From Psilocybe cubensis (lineage: Eukaryota), in assembly GCA_017499595.2 (NCBI GenBank), contig CM039004.1:124001-188000 (forward strand): a stretch of 64,000 nt of DNA. The letters are read 5' to 3'. Position numbers and translations under genes: made by a program. This document shows, one piece after another, positions 38,267 through 49,900 of this stretch; position 1 is the stretch's first letter; every line of letters starts with the position of its first letter. The notes under the pieces were generated by a model. The model was not told where the DNA came from, searched no databases, and was given only the letters and a program-made list of their open reading frames with translations.

Positions 38267-38722
38267 AGTGGTTTACACAATGAACTGTTGGTCGTCAGCG
38301 AAGAAAGACGCGTGTTCGCTTTGCTCACCCCACGGCGCGTAGGCGACGGGTCATAAAGCTCGTGGGAAGAAGGAAGAGAAAGGTGCACAGACAATTACCA
38401 AATACTGACCGGCACATAGGTATGCCGAGTAAAAGACTTCCGACACTCCTACTCACGCAAAATAATCTCCTGTAAATAGTTCATATCTTATTACATTACA
38501 CTGGTGAACATAAAGTTATTCAGACGTGACAAATCCATTATTTACTGCCCTAAGGCATCCGGTCCATGTTCATGGGGTGTTTGCGGTCCTGGGTCAGATC
38601 ACTCGTCAAAGATGCCGGAGAATGCTTGGTGTTTGTCTGGGAACCTCACCACATACTTTATGAGTTTTTCTGAACATCCGGTGTGCCTGGTATTTGTGTG
38701 TGGGAGTGTATAGGGGAGAGTG

Positions 38723-40915
38723 TATGGCTGTCCGTTTGCACATTTAATACCAATCTATAAACTTTTTGTTCCATACATAGAAATCTCAGAAGTAAGGCTC
38801 CGATAAGTATTTGCTCTTATTTCCGCGGATAGAAAAGAGATTGCCGAACATATAGATCCAGTGTCCATACATTTACAGGTTGCACCATCAGATACAACTT
38901 TGAGTACCATACATATGGTTTTGGTGCCCACATATACAAAGCACAATCCCTTGGAGAGTTCAAACACACCCTTTCATACATATTTTTCTTCCTCACATAT
39001 GTTTGCAGGTTCCCCGTATGAGTGATTTGACCTTTCTTTTGCCTTTCTTCCTCCCGAAGATATATAGTCGTTTTTCGGCATGTGCCTATGCCGTGCTTGC
39101 TGGACATCGTGAGAATTCGGCAAATATCGGCAAATGAGGAGACAAATAACAGTACATTGCCTGTTCCTGTCAACACACACTAATTGAGCAATGAAAAAAG
39201 ATTCACATATCTGATAGAAGTGGTTATCTGTCTGTATTAAGCCTGATTACGAAAGTATCACGTCTCTATAGCTTTTGACGAGTATTTTAGCCACTCCTAG
39301 TCACCGTGCTAAGGCCTAAAGTTGAGATTGCGGGTAAAACTCTGCAATGGATTTCACTTTATAGCCTACACACACGTTTTCACTGCTCAAGAGTATAAAT
39401 TAATACTTCTAAAGAGTTTTCTAACCTTGCAAAGGTCGTCCTACATCCTTTACAAGTAGCAATTCCACTGCAAAGCGGGACGAAAGCTGAGTTCCCACAC
39501 TTGTACGGCAAGGACGGCACGCATGATATTCATCTTGACAACTCTATATCTTCGGGCAAAAGTTGAGGTATTATGCGGGGAGTATGGCTGTCCGTTTGCA
39601 CATTTAATGCCAATATATAAGTTTCTTTCCCCTTACATATATGTGTAGGGAGTAAGTGGTCCAATATATACATCATATGATATCCGCAGACAGTCAGCAA
39701 GTTACCGAACATAAAGATTCCCAATCCACATATTCAAATGTTGTGCCCTCAGATGAAACATTGAGTACCATACATATAGTTTTGGTGCCCACATATATAA
39801 GTTACAGTCCCTTACATAGGAAACCCACGCCCTTTCATAAATGTTTTGTACCCTTACACATATCTTACAGGCTCCGTGTATTGTTGATTTTACATATCAC
39901 CGTCCCAAAGAGATGAAGGCATTTTTCGGCATTTTTCTATGCCGTGTCAGCCTGGACATCGTGAGAATTCGGCAAATGTCGGCCATCGACAAGACACATC
40001 TCAGCACATTACCGTGTTTAAGTCAACACACGCTGAGTGAGCAAAAACAAAGTCTTCATACGTACTATTGAAGCATGCATGTATGCTTACTAGAAATGTA
40101 TTACGTCTTTCTGGTTGGAGCCAAGAATTCACCATTACTGAAGCCTAGCCGGTGTGCTAGGTTTAAATAAGCGTGCAGTTGATGATATAAGTGATAAAGT
40201 GCAATAATTCTATTTACAATCTGTTATACAAAACACCTGCAGTAATCACGACACACTTTTAAGACTTTGAATGAAATCTAATATCCATCCTAGCTTCTCA
40301 ACGAGTATCAATTCACTGCAAAGCGGGATGCAAAACGAATTCCCACGCGCCTCCGGCAAGGACGGCACGTGTGATAGTCTTCTCGACGACTCTATATCTG
40401 CGGAAGAAAGTTTATATAAATGCGGAAGGAGTTAGAAAGAGGGATACTGGCCTTTTTATATATGGGTGAGCTACCTCTATGCTCGTACCTCCCATTAAAA
40501 CTTAAGGGCATGTAAGTTCAATGACTGGGATGGTTTCTTCCATGCTGGGAATCCATCTGTCTATGACCGGGACACCGAAGTATGTCTTCGGAACCGTGTA
40601 GAATTATGACTTATATGTAAGGGGAAAAAAACTTATATATTGGTATTAAATGTGCAAACGGACAGCCATAGGGGAGGGTCTTAGAGTGTGGTGCTACGTT
40701 TTGGATGTTCGCTTTACCTACTTCTATGTGTGTACCCCCATTCAAACTGGAGGGCATGCAAAAACAATGACCGGGATGGTTTCCTCTATGTTCGGAAACC
40801 ATCTGTCTATAACCGCGACACCAAAGAATGTATTTGGAATTATATTCAATTATGACTTATATGTATGGGACAAGAAGTTTATATATTGGTATAAATGTGC
40901 AAACGGACAGCCATA
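38723..40915. mobile_element. Non-autonomous TIR DNA transposon (outer copy; about 1099 bp without the nested insert), IS3EU-like ends
   Basis: About 56-bp imperfect TIRs beginning TATGGCTGTCCGTTTGCACATTTA. 6-bp TSD AGAGTG at 38717-38722 and 40916-40921. No transposase ORF. Confidence 0.9.
39583..40670. mobile_element. Non-autonomous TIR DNA transposon (inner copy, 1088 bp) nested in a relative from its own family
   Basis: About 59-bp TIRs with 2 mismatches beginning TATGGCTGTCCGTTTGCACATTTAAT. 6-bp TSD GGGGAG at 39577-39582 and 40671-40676. The body is colinear with the outer copy (shared CTGGACATCGTGAGAATTCGGCAAAT, CACTGCAAAGCGGGA, CGGCAAGGACGGCACG and CCATCTGTCTAT). Confidence 0.92.
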
Positions 40916-41085
40916 AGAGTGGGGCGTCTGCGTGATGTTTTTAATTTATGAGTCCGATGTAAATTACTCACAAAATAACACACGCTGCCACTCATTCCCA
41001 TTCGTTCCGCTGCTAAGAAATTCCTGAATAGAATACATACTAGACGCGGCCATCGACTCGGGGATGTATTGACAAATTCTCAACG

Positions 41086-41831
41086 TATGACACGATTTTC
41101 CGTTGAAAATGCGAAGTGTCTGGCTTGAGATTTTGGTCACTACAAAAATAGCAAGGTTAGAACGTACGTAAATCGGTGTCAGGTTTCATAATGAACTACT
41201 TGGTCGTTAGTGCATACACCCTGAGTCGAACAACATACTTTGGTGTGGTTGTACTGCGCCCTAGGCATACTTTAGTATCAGATGGTTTTCTTGTAAGTAA
41301 TGTAGTACTACCCGGATTACATGAACATATATACCAAGTCTAATTCCCTTTCACAAAACCGTTGTAATCATTTCTCAAATTTCTTCGTTTCCAACTTATT
41401 CCGGCTGCTTCGGCTTTGAAATAATTCGTATAGATGTACCGGAAACACCCACAGCAAGACATATACTGTGTTATTATGCTTTGCCGTGGATAGGCCAATA
41501 TAAAATCAGTTTAATGTACAATTTTCTGGAATTATTTTGCCCTTAAATATCTGTTGAAATACCTGCTTTAGGGAAGCCATCTTCAGAGATACCACCCTAA
41601 GGCAATACCAACATGTACACTGTTGGTTTTGATCAAACCACGACTTGACCACGGCTTTACCACGACACGAGATTAAATTTCCCACGGTCTGTGCTAATTT
41701 TATCAGAATCCTGGGTAATAGGCTGTTCGCACACTCAAAATGTAAGTACTACAACGTAAGAAAAGGTCCGAAACTAGTGAGTACAACTCCATTTCTGAGT
41801 GTTCGCATTTTCAACGGAAAATCGTGTCATA
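41086..41831. mobile_element. Second-family non-autonomous TIR element (746 bp), IS3EU-like ends
   Basis: Perfect 30-bp TIR TATGACACGATTTTCCGTTGAAAATGCGAA at 41086-41115 and 41802-41831. 6-bp TSD TCAACG at 41080-41085 and 41832-41837. Confidence 0.92.
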
Positions 41832-44800
41832 TCAACGTCCCCGCTCATCGTTAGCAATAGCTAATGTTAAATCATATCCATGCTTTACATCCTGCATACA
41901 CACCCGGAATCGTGGAACGGGAGACAAAAGGGAAATACTGTGGCGGAAGCGTTTTAATATAACTCTCATCATGTTCTCCCTTTCTTGTTCGTAGTCCGTG
42001 TTTATCTTGCTTTCTGTTTTAGGAAGTTTAAGGGTCCAATTACAAGTGAAGGGATGTAAACTTGAAGTTTGGATTTTATATTAAAGTCAAGAATATCTAA
42101 CTCGTACAAATATGTGTCAAGTACCAGAAGACCAGCAGGACGCATGAAGCAAGAGGAAACTAGGGACAGATCTAGTCAATTAGTGCGACTTTTACACAAA
42201 GGCGCGCAAGAAACGTCTAATCTGCAGTGTACGTAGACATTACATGTTATTGACCCACCACTCAAGCTACACAAGTAGAGAGTTCTGTATGAAGTAAGTA
42301 CAGGCCCAAGTCATCGGTCACCAAGCAGCCTCTGTTCCCTTCATCATGTGGTGGAGTTAAAACTTGACACAGAAGCACTATACACATCACTAACTTATGT
42401 CAAGATCGAAATTTAGTTCTAGTTAACCCTCCTGCACATGCATTGGAAAGCCGCCGTTCTTGTTTTGCCTAGGTTTTGCATTCTATACCTATATATTCGA
42501 AGGAAAGAATTCCAAAACAACCCCGGTGGCGGTAAGGTTTTAATGTGAACTTTTTGTGTCTACTATCTCTTATTCTATTCCGTGCTTTTCTGGGTATCTT
42601 ACTTTGGAAGTGTAGGTGTCCAATAAAATTGAGAGGACGTACAGAACCGCATCTTCTTCATGAATGTGTTGGTCAAGATACATGTCTAGAGTCATTGATA
42701 TGTAATGGTGGTGCTTGCAGAGGCTTAATAACCAACACTGTTCAATGTGACACTCTTGTGGCAAACCCCTCGGAGGTGACTGAATTCAGTATTCCTCATT
42801 GCGGATGTAGAAATCTTTTCCTCTGTCTTCTGAATGTCCTTTATGTGCCCACCTTTGGTTCGCATGCTCACAACCTTTTTTGCTCAGGGTCAGCTAACGG
42901 TCCCAACACTAGTTGAAAAGCATTGCCCTAGAAAAACTACTTGGTCCATGAAATGAGAAGATATAACGTCTGATAAGCTATCTACACCTTGTCAAACTTC
43001 ACGTTCATGCTTAATTTTGCCTCCGACGCTACGTGATAGGGGATCATGCTGGATCAAGACGTATAGTTTATTTTGATAGTGGGAACGTCGATTGGTCATT
43101 CAGGAGCACGCTGCTCTGCTTTGTGTCATAGAACTGCGCTATTGTCAAAGGCAAAGTGCCAGAACCCATTCAATGTCCGAAGAATATTGTCCTAATCCTT
43201 AATATTAATCCTTAGTCGCGTTTTCAACTGTACTAGACTACCCACGGCTGGGATCCTACCTAAATGTAATATTGAAGAGTGTGATCCCCTGGAATAATTG
43301 TCACATGTTGGCTCACACACCAATCAGTATTTGTTCTTGATCTGGTTAACGGTGATGTTTTGATGCCACCGTTTATTATGACTCTCAAAATTGTACCACA
43401 AGGACTGAATTTCGAAAAGCGTTTCGTAGAATTGGTATCCACGCACTGTACATGGTACCAGCGCTGCTCCAAATCGAGGACCCACCGAAAATTTAGGAAC
43501 GTTGACGTAACGAGTTAAACCAACCAGAGATCATGGATCATGTAAACAAGAAAAAGGTATGACCAATGTCGAAAGGTCTGGTACTACATATAAAGATAAG
43601 TGTTTCGGGCGCGCGGATATGGTATCGAAGCCCGAATGAGATCCACATTCTACATATCAGGCACATCCAATTAGTAATGGGTTACCACTTACATCCGCCG
43701 CATTTCCACTGTTAGTACGCACCCCAGAGATCTCCACTTTGACTGTTCTTCATTTGGAGAGAATAAAGCATCGCGGTTTCCCCTTTGGAATGCGATGTCG
43801 CCCTCGCCCCGACCAAGAAGCCACAGGTGGAGTAATGAGTCGACATTTGCATCTTTAGTGTGCTTCCAATTCAATTTCCATGTATGCTCAGGTCAGAAAT
43901 GGAAGACATCTTCATCCCAATCTGATTTAGGAGGAGACAGTGACGCTAATCACTAATTTATCTTGGTTATGAAAAGTACACACTTATCATGACCCGATAT
44001 TTGGGTTGGAACACTCTTGGTATTGAAAGATATTAAAGATTCAGAATTGAAATCCAAACAAACATGGATATTGTTGGGGAGAATATGCCTAGAGAGAGCA
44101 CTTATCGGCGGTATTTGGAAAGCCGAAGCGTAGTTGTACATATAACATTATAGTTCCTCTGTTGTCGTTGGTTTCGACACTCGCATACACGCGTTCCGGT
44201 TGATCTGTTGAAATTGGATTAAATCAATATATCTACCACTTTTCCCCGAGTGACACGTTTAATATTTTTCATTGAGTGACCTGACCTAGTAAATACGAGG
44301 GGGTCTAGTGTACAAAATAATCTACCCAGGCCCTTCCTCCGTGACCATTATAAGATCATGTAAAAGCTACGAGAATTAGTAAATTAAGTTACCATATAGA
44401 TGTAACTTTGTCTAGTGTACTATTTCAAATACCAATTAGTGTTGAGGCATGATTAGGACAATTATGGACTGGAAAAGTTTCAGTAGGGGAAAAGAGTCAT
44501 ACATTACATACAGTAATCATTAGTAATAGTATCATACTAGCACCTCTGACGAATTTGATCTCCACGTACTCGAACGGGCCTGTTCGACGGCTTTTGTCTT
44601 CCGCATTCAGAAGCAATCCATAATGCAAATGAACCTGTATAGCATGTCTTGGATACTAATATATTAGTAGCAGCTTACTTACGTCGGACCTATCGAGTAC
44701 CAACCGGCATTGCGCGGGAGAACACAGCACTCCCGCGAGTATTATCCCCTTCCTTTCCACGCGCTCGGGGTCACGCACCCGACGGTGCATATCCCTGTAG

Positions 44801-46999
44801 GTGTAGCTCCAGGACACTCTAAATTACAAAGGCACATTCTGAAAGACGTTGAACCTTCTAAGAAAGTGGCCCGTTATATAAATGATGCATAACAGGTCTG
44901 TCATCGTCATATCGAGTTGTCATCCACGCACTGGGGGCTAAATCGCCCGGACTACTAGGTGAAATGTACATGTTAACAGTACAGAGACTTGTAACAAAGT
45001 GTGGGACGACTAACTTCTGTGCGCAGTAAGCTGCGTCCTAGATCTGCAAGCTTAGCATGTGTCGCTGTAGCACACGCAAACACAGATATGACACACACGC
45101 AAGACGTCGCATCCACGTCATTCACTCCTTGATAGTTACAGTGCAGTCTTATTACCACATCGCCACGGACCCAACCCGCCCACTTTTGCTCTGTTTGACC
45201 AACTGCGTGTATATCACAGTCTCTCCGCACAAGCTCCCAGTCCCTACATCTCCGAGGAAAGTTAAAAATAATGGCCCCATGGGCTTAACCCATTGATCTC
45301 CGTGTTTGATGTATGTTGCACACCCAAAACGAAGATGTAATTATACTCATGGGTAATGGAAGTTAACATGAACATATTCTTCGCCCTAGTTTTTGCTCTT
45401 TGTTTACTTCGGAGTCATTGTTGAAGTTTAAGATCATGTTACCCTTTGTAGTGTCACTCGTGGCGGCATAATTGGTGACAATATTGGTACAAACATTTGA
45501 ATTCATGATTTGCACACTACATGACATATGGACCTCTAAAGCACCACACAGTTAAACAGCTCGACGGCATTGTACCGGCCCTGAAACCCTGGAGCTCCTG
45601 AAGGGGTTTGCCATACAATTGACGCCCAGCATGGTCCAAGAACTGTCCGCCAGTGCTATTTCAAGGTGTAGGCAAGTATTAATAGCATTTATGACCCGAT
45701 TTATATTCTCGTGTCACTGCATTAAATTGATTAATGTGTCATATTTTTAGGAGAGATTTATGCCTCTTTTCTTACCCAATATCCATGTTCCATGGACTTC
45801 CAGTCCGACCGTGAACAAGGGAGAGAAGCAGCTCTCGTAACGTTACATGAAAACATGAGCAGGTTGCCTAACTATGAAGACTGACCCCAAATCCGTAGAA
45901 CGGTAGAATCCAGTTATGGAATTTCAAAGGTGTACAATGCCCGCTGCCCCTATTTTCCATCGCACATTCTGCCCCCGAGCCTGGAGTAGAAGGCATAATA
46001 ACGACAAGCTATAGCCAAACCAAAAACCAATACCTATCAATATCTTTCCAACGCCGGGACAAATCAACATGTCACGAACTGTAATTTTAAATCAGAATAT
46101 AATATTTTCTCGAGTTTCATTCTCCGCAAATGTGATTTTCATGGATGTGTTATTCTGCCAGTCCGAATGGTAGATACAAAACAAAGTAGGTAACGTCAAA
46201 GTGTCTTCTAGCAACGCCCTTGCTTTTGTTCGGATACTCTTCCCAAGCCCTTGGAATGGAATGTCATATACCCTGTGGGAGTCGGAACATGTCATATGTG
46301 CCCGCCGAGGGAGCTTATATTCGACCCCTATATTCCAGAAGGAGTCTGGAAGATTATCCTCCGAGGCATATGCAACGAACTACGCCTCGAGTTAAGCATA
46401 AACCGCCATGCTACTCTACACGTTTACAGACTTTTACGGCGACATCCTCAGTCCCTACCAATTACATGCCGAGTTGAAGAGGTTTCCATTGCCCATCTTC
46501 TGAGTTCTGTAAAGATGTATGTGTCTTCTTCGGATGCCACTAAACACATATCAATAGCGCCTGATCCGCCGTTGTATGGAAGATAGGAAGTTCGTTCGAC
46601 ATTTGGGTGGGGTTCGCTTGACATAATACCTGTTCTTCCAACGCCGTTGTAGATGCATATCATCTCATATCCAAATCCAAATCCATATCATAATCGAGTC
46701 ATCTACTGCGCTCCCCCCGCACCATGTGCATGCTGTTCAAGTGATCTTTCAGTCTAATACCATATGTGGCTAGACCTGATCTACTTAAAACATTAAAACA
46801 ATGATGTTCCATGTTGAATTGGTAGAATAAATAGAGTAAATAACAGTGGCTGGCCTGGATAATTTGTTTGGAGAATATCCGCTTGCTTTTGTTCGATACC
46901 TGGCGTCAAGAAGGCCTGCGGTGCAGTATGAGCTTATCCTTCAATCTGGCGCTGAACCTGGCACCCAGCATGATGGTCGGGCACTGCCAACGATATGGC

Positions 47000-49900
47000 A
47001 ATGTGAGAAGCCGCAAACACCATGGAAACTTGCAGTTTAGAATTAGAAATAGAAATAACATGAAGAGACAAATACAGTCGAAAATAGATTTAATTTTATG
47101 TTCATAACAAGCGAAAAAAAGGACCGATGCAGAGCAGGCGTGTTATTTCTAATTCTATTCTGATCATCGCTGCGAATCGTGATGCGGATGGGTAAACATT
47201 CGGATCTATGTTTAAATAATTGCCTCAAACGTCAATCCACAGGGGCGATATAGGGTACATCCCAGTACACCCATTCGTAGTCGTACACCTCCTAACTGCA
47301 AAGACAAACTTCTTAGTAAGACCTAGAGGGACATGCACCGTCTACTCGGACTGAAATACATGTCATGAACATGAAATGATGAATGGGGATGCCGAGGCAA
47401 GGAGAAGCATAGAAATTAGAGTAGACAGATGGTATCACGTACATACCAACAAAACACAAGACCCCCCTCCCCTCTCCCTGCCAAGTTCGACAAAACGTCA
47501 TAACATTAATTTTATTTTAATCTGCTATCGCAGACATAAAATGTATGTTTTCCATGTCACACTCGGCAAACTCCAATAGCACCCCTCTTGGTATATGTAA
47601 CCTTTGCAAGTTACATAAGTTACAACTCCTTGAACCTTCCCAAAAAAACATACGCTTTTGACAATGACATATGTCGGTATCGCCATCTCCCGGTCCTTCC
47701 TGCAAATTTGTCAAACCGAATAAGCCACTGACGGCATAACCCTATAATCCCACTCAATTATCAATACCATATGTGAGAAAGAACACACAAGACGGAGGCA
47801 TAATCTCCGCCATGCCTTGCGTACCGTTCAATTTCTCATGTTTCTTGTGCGGCTGTTCAGGTCTTGGTATGATCTTATGGTGTGGCGTTTTTTTGTTGGC
47901 GTTCTCGTCTGATGTGATTCGAGTAACACGCAGTAAAGGGGGGGTTGTCATATGTTTGTTGTTAGTGAGTGTATTAACGACATACGGATTACGGATATCT
48001 TGGGTGGGGTGAGGAGAAGAAGGGTTATATTTCTTCCTGGGCGGTGGGTGCAACAGCACGTATTCACTAGGGCTTATCACAATTTACCTGACCGCTCGGA
48101 GATTATATACACAGACTGCGAAAACCGTACGAATTTATACTCTACCTTGTCATTGTCACCTCCAACCGAAACCTAAACCTAAACGTATGTCCAGGACATC
48201 GCCGAGGATCCATTCATCGACATAAAAAAATCAATGATACATACTAACTGCACAGCAAAACAACTGCCCCGCGGCGCACACTGACACTATCACGGCCAAT
48301 CCCATCGTATCGAAATAAACATAGGCATAAACATAAACATAGACATGGACATGGACACGGAGACAGCGCCATAGATATCGCAGCCGAACAGGATCCAAGA
48401 ACAAGCACTGTATGCATAACACAAACAAATCTCCAAATCTCCAAATTTACAAAAACCAAAAAAGATAGATCGAATACCACGACCATAATCCAGGCATAAT
48501 TCCAGAGTCCAGAATATCCTGGACCCGACTCGAGTTGAAAAACAACATGAAGCGAAGCAAAGTAAAATAAATAAAATAAAAACCGCAGGTTGAAAGGACA
48601 GATGGGATGTTTATAATACATCGGATTGTGGGTACGGGGACACATGGAATGGCCGTCTGTATCTCAATCACAATGTTCTTCGACCTCGAGACACACGGGT
48701 GTGGGTACGAAGGTACATGATCATGAGTTACTGCTAGTCTAATGCCAATGTAACCGTTGCTATATGCTGTATACTATACTAAGAGTAAGAGAAACTGACA
48801 ACGAAAAAGAGACACGCGGAATGGCGTTGGTAGATGCGATGGCGATGGGATGGCGAGTGGAGGAGACTGGAGAGTATATTATAAATGTTGATGGTATGAT
48901 ATCTATCAAGCAAACGGCGATCTTTTAATTGATGTTTTTCTGTTACACTGAGAGGTGCGGATCTGGTGATATACGATACGATGCGATGCGATGCTCTGTG
49001 AGAATTAGAGTGCGCGATGCGAGGAGTACGGGTACGGGTCCCGGAAAGCATCAGGACAGGACCAGGACAGGATGGTACAGTAAAGAAAGATGACACAGCG
49101 GAACTGCGAGACGTCGTCTGCTGTCGTCCCACGAAAAACAAAAACCCGCCCATGGGCCATGTAGCAATGAAAATTCCACTACGAAATGGACACAACGAAA
49201 AAGAAACGATTGGATGGTGGGCATGACAAACAACAAAAAATTCTTGATAATGTAGATATAGATACTACATGAAGAGTGGATATGGATATGGATATGGATG
49301 CGATATGATACGATATGGATATGTATACGATACGTCGTCCGCGCCTCCCTCGCCTCGTGCAATCTATCAGACTCTATCTCTATCTATAAACGCAGAAGGA
49401 GGAGGGGATGGAGGGAAAGGGAAAAGGAAAAAGAAAAAGAAAAAGAAAAAGAAAAGGATGGGAGGGGTGGAGGTGGGGTGGACTACAATGACAATGACAA
49501 TATAATGAAGATAACAGCGACAACGACAATGTCTAATGTCCAATGTGAAGCGTGAAGCATGATGCAGAAAAGCATAAAAAACACAAGAGAATACACGAGA
49601 TGCGAGAGATGTGTTGGATGGGATGCTAGAGATGAGATGAGATGAGATGTGATGAGATGACATGCAAAAAAAGCAACAGCCAGCAACCACAGCAACGACG
49701 AGAATGGGAAGCATGGAATGGAATGGAACACGATACAGCAAAGCAAAGCAACGAACCACAAAAAAAAGAAAAAGTCAAGAAATAAACCAGGCGACAACAA
49801 CACCCAAGGCCCAAGAAAAAAAAAAGCGAAGAGAAGATGTCGTTCTCGGCGCAGACAGCGAGCAGCGAGATCTGGACGACCAGTGGCGCACCCCCCACCG

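Noticed and set aside
42100-46700. Protein-like fragments (for example 43689-43874 and 46251-46586)
   Set aside because: Interrupted by stops and unassignable without a homology search.
47039-47156. AT-rich inverted repeat of about 16 bp around an 80-bp spacer
   Set aside because: Low complexity, imperfect, and no TSD.
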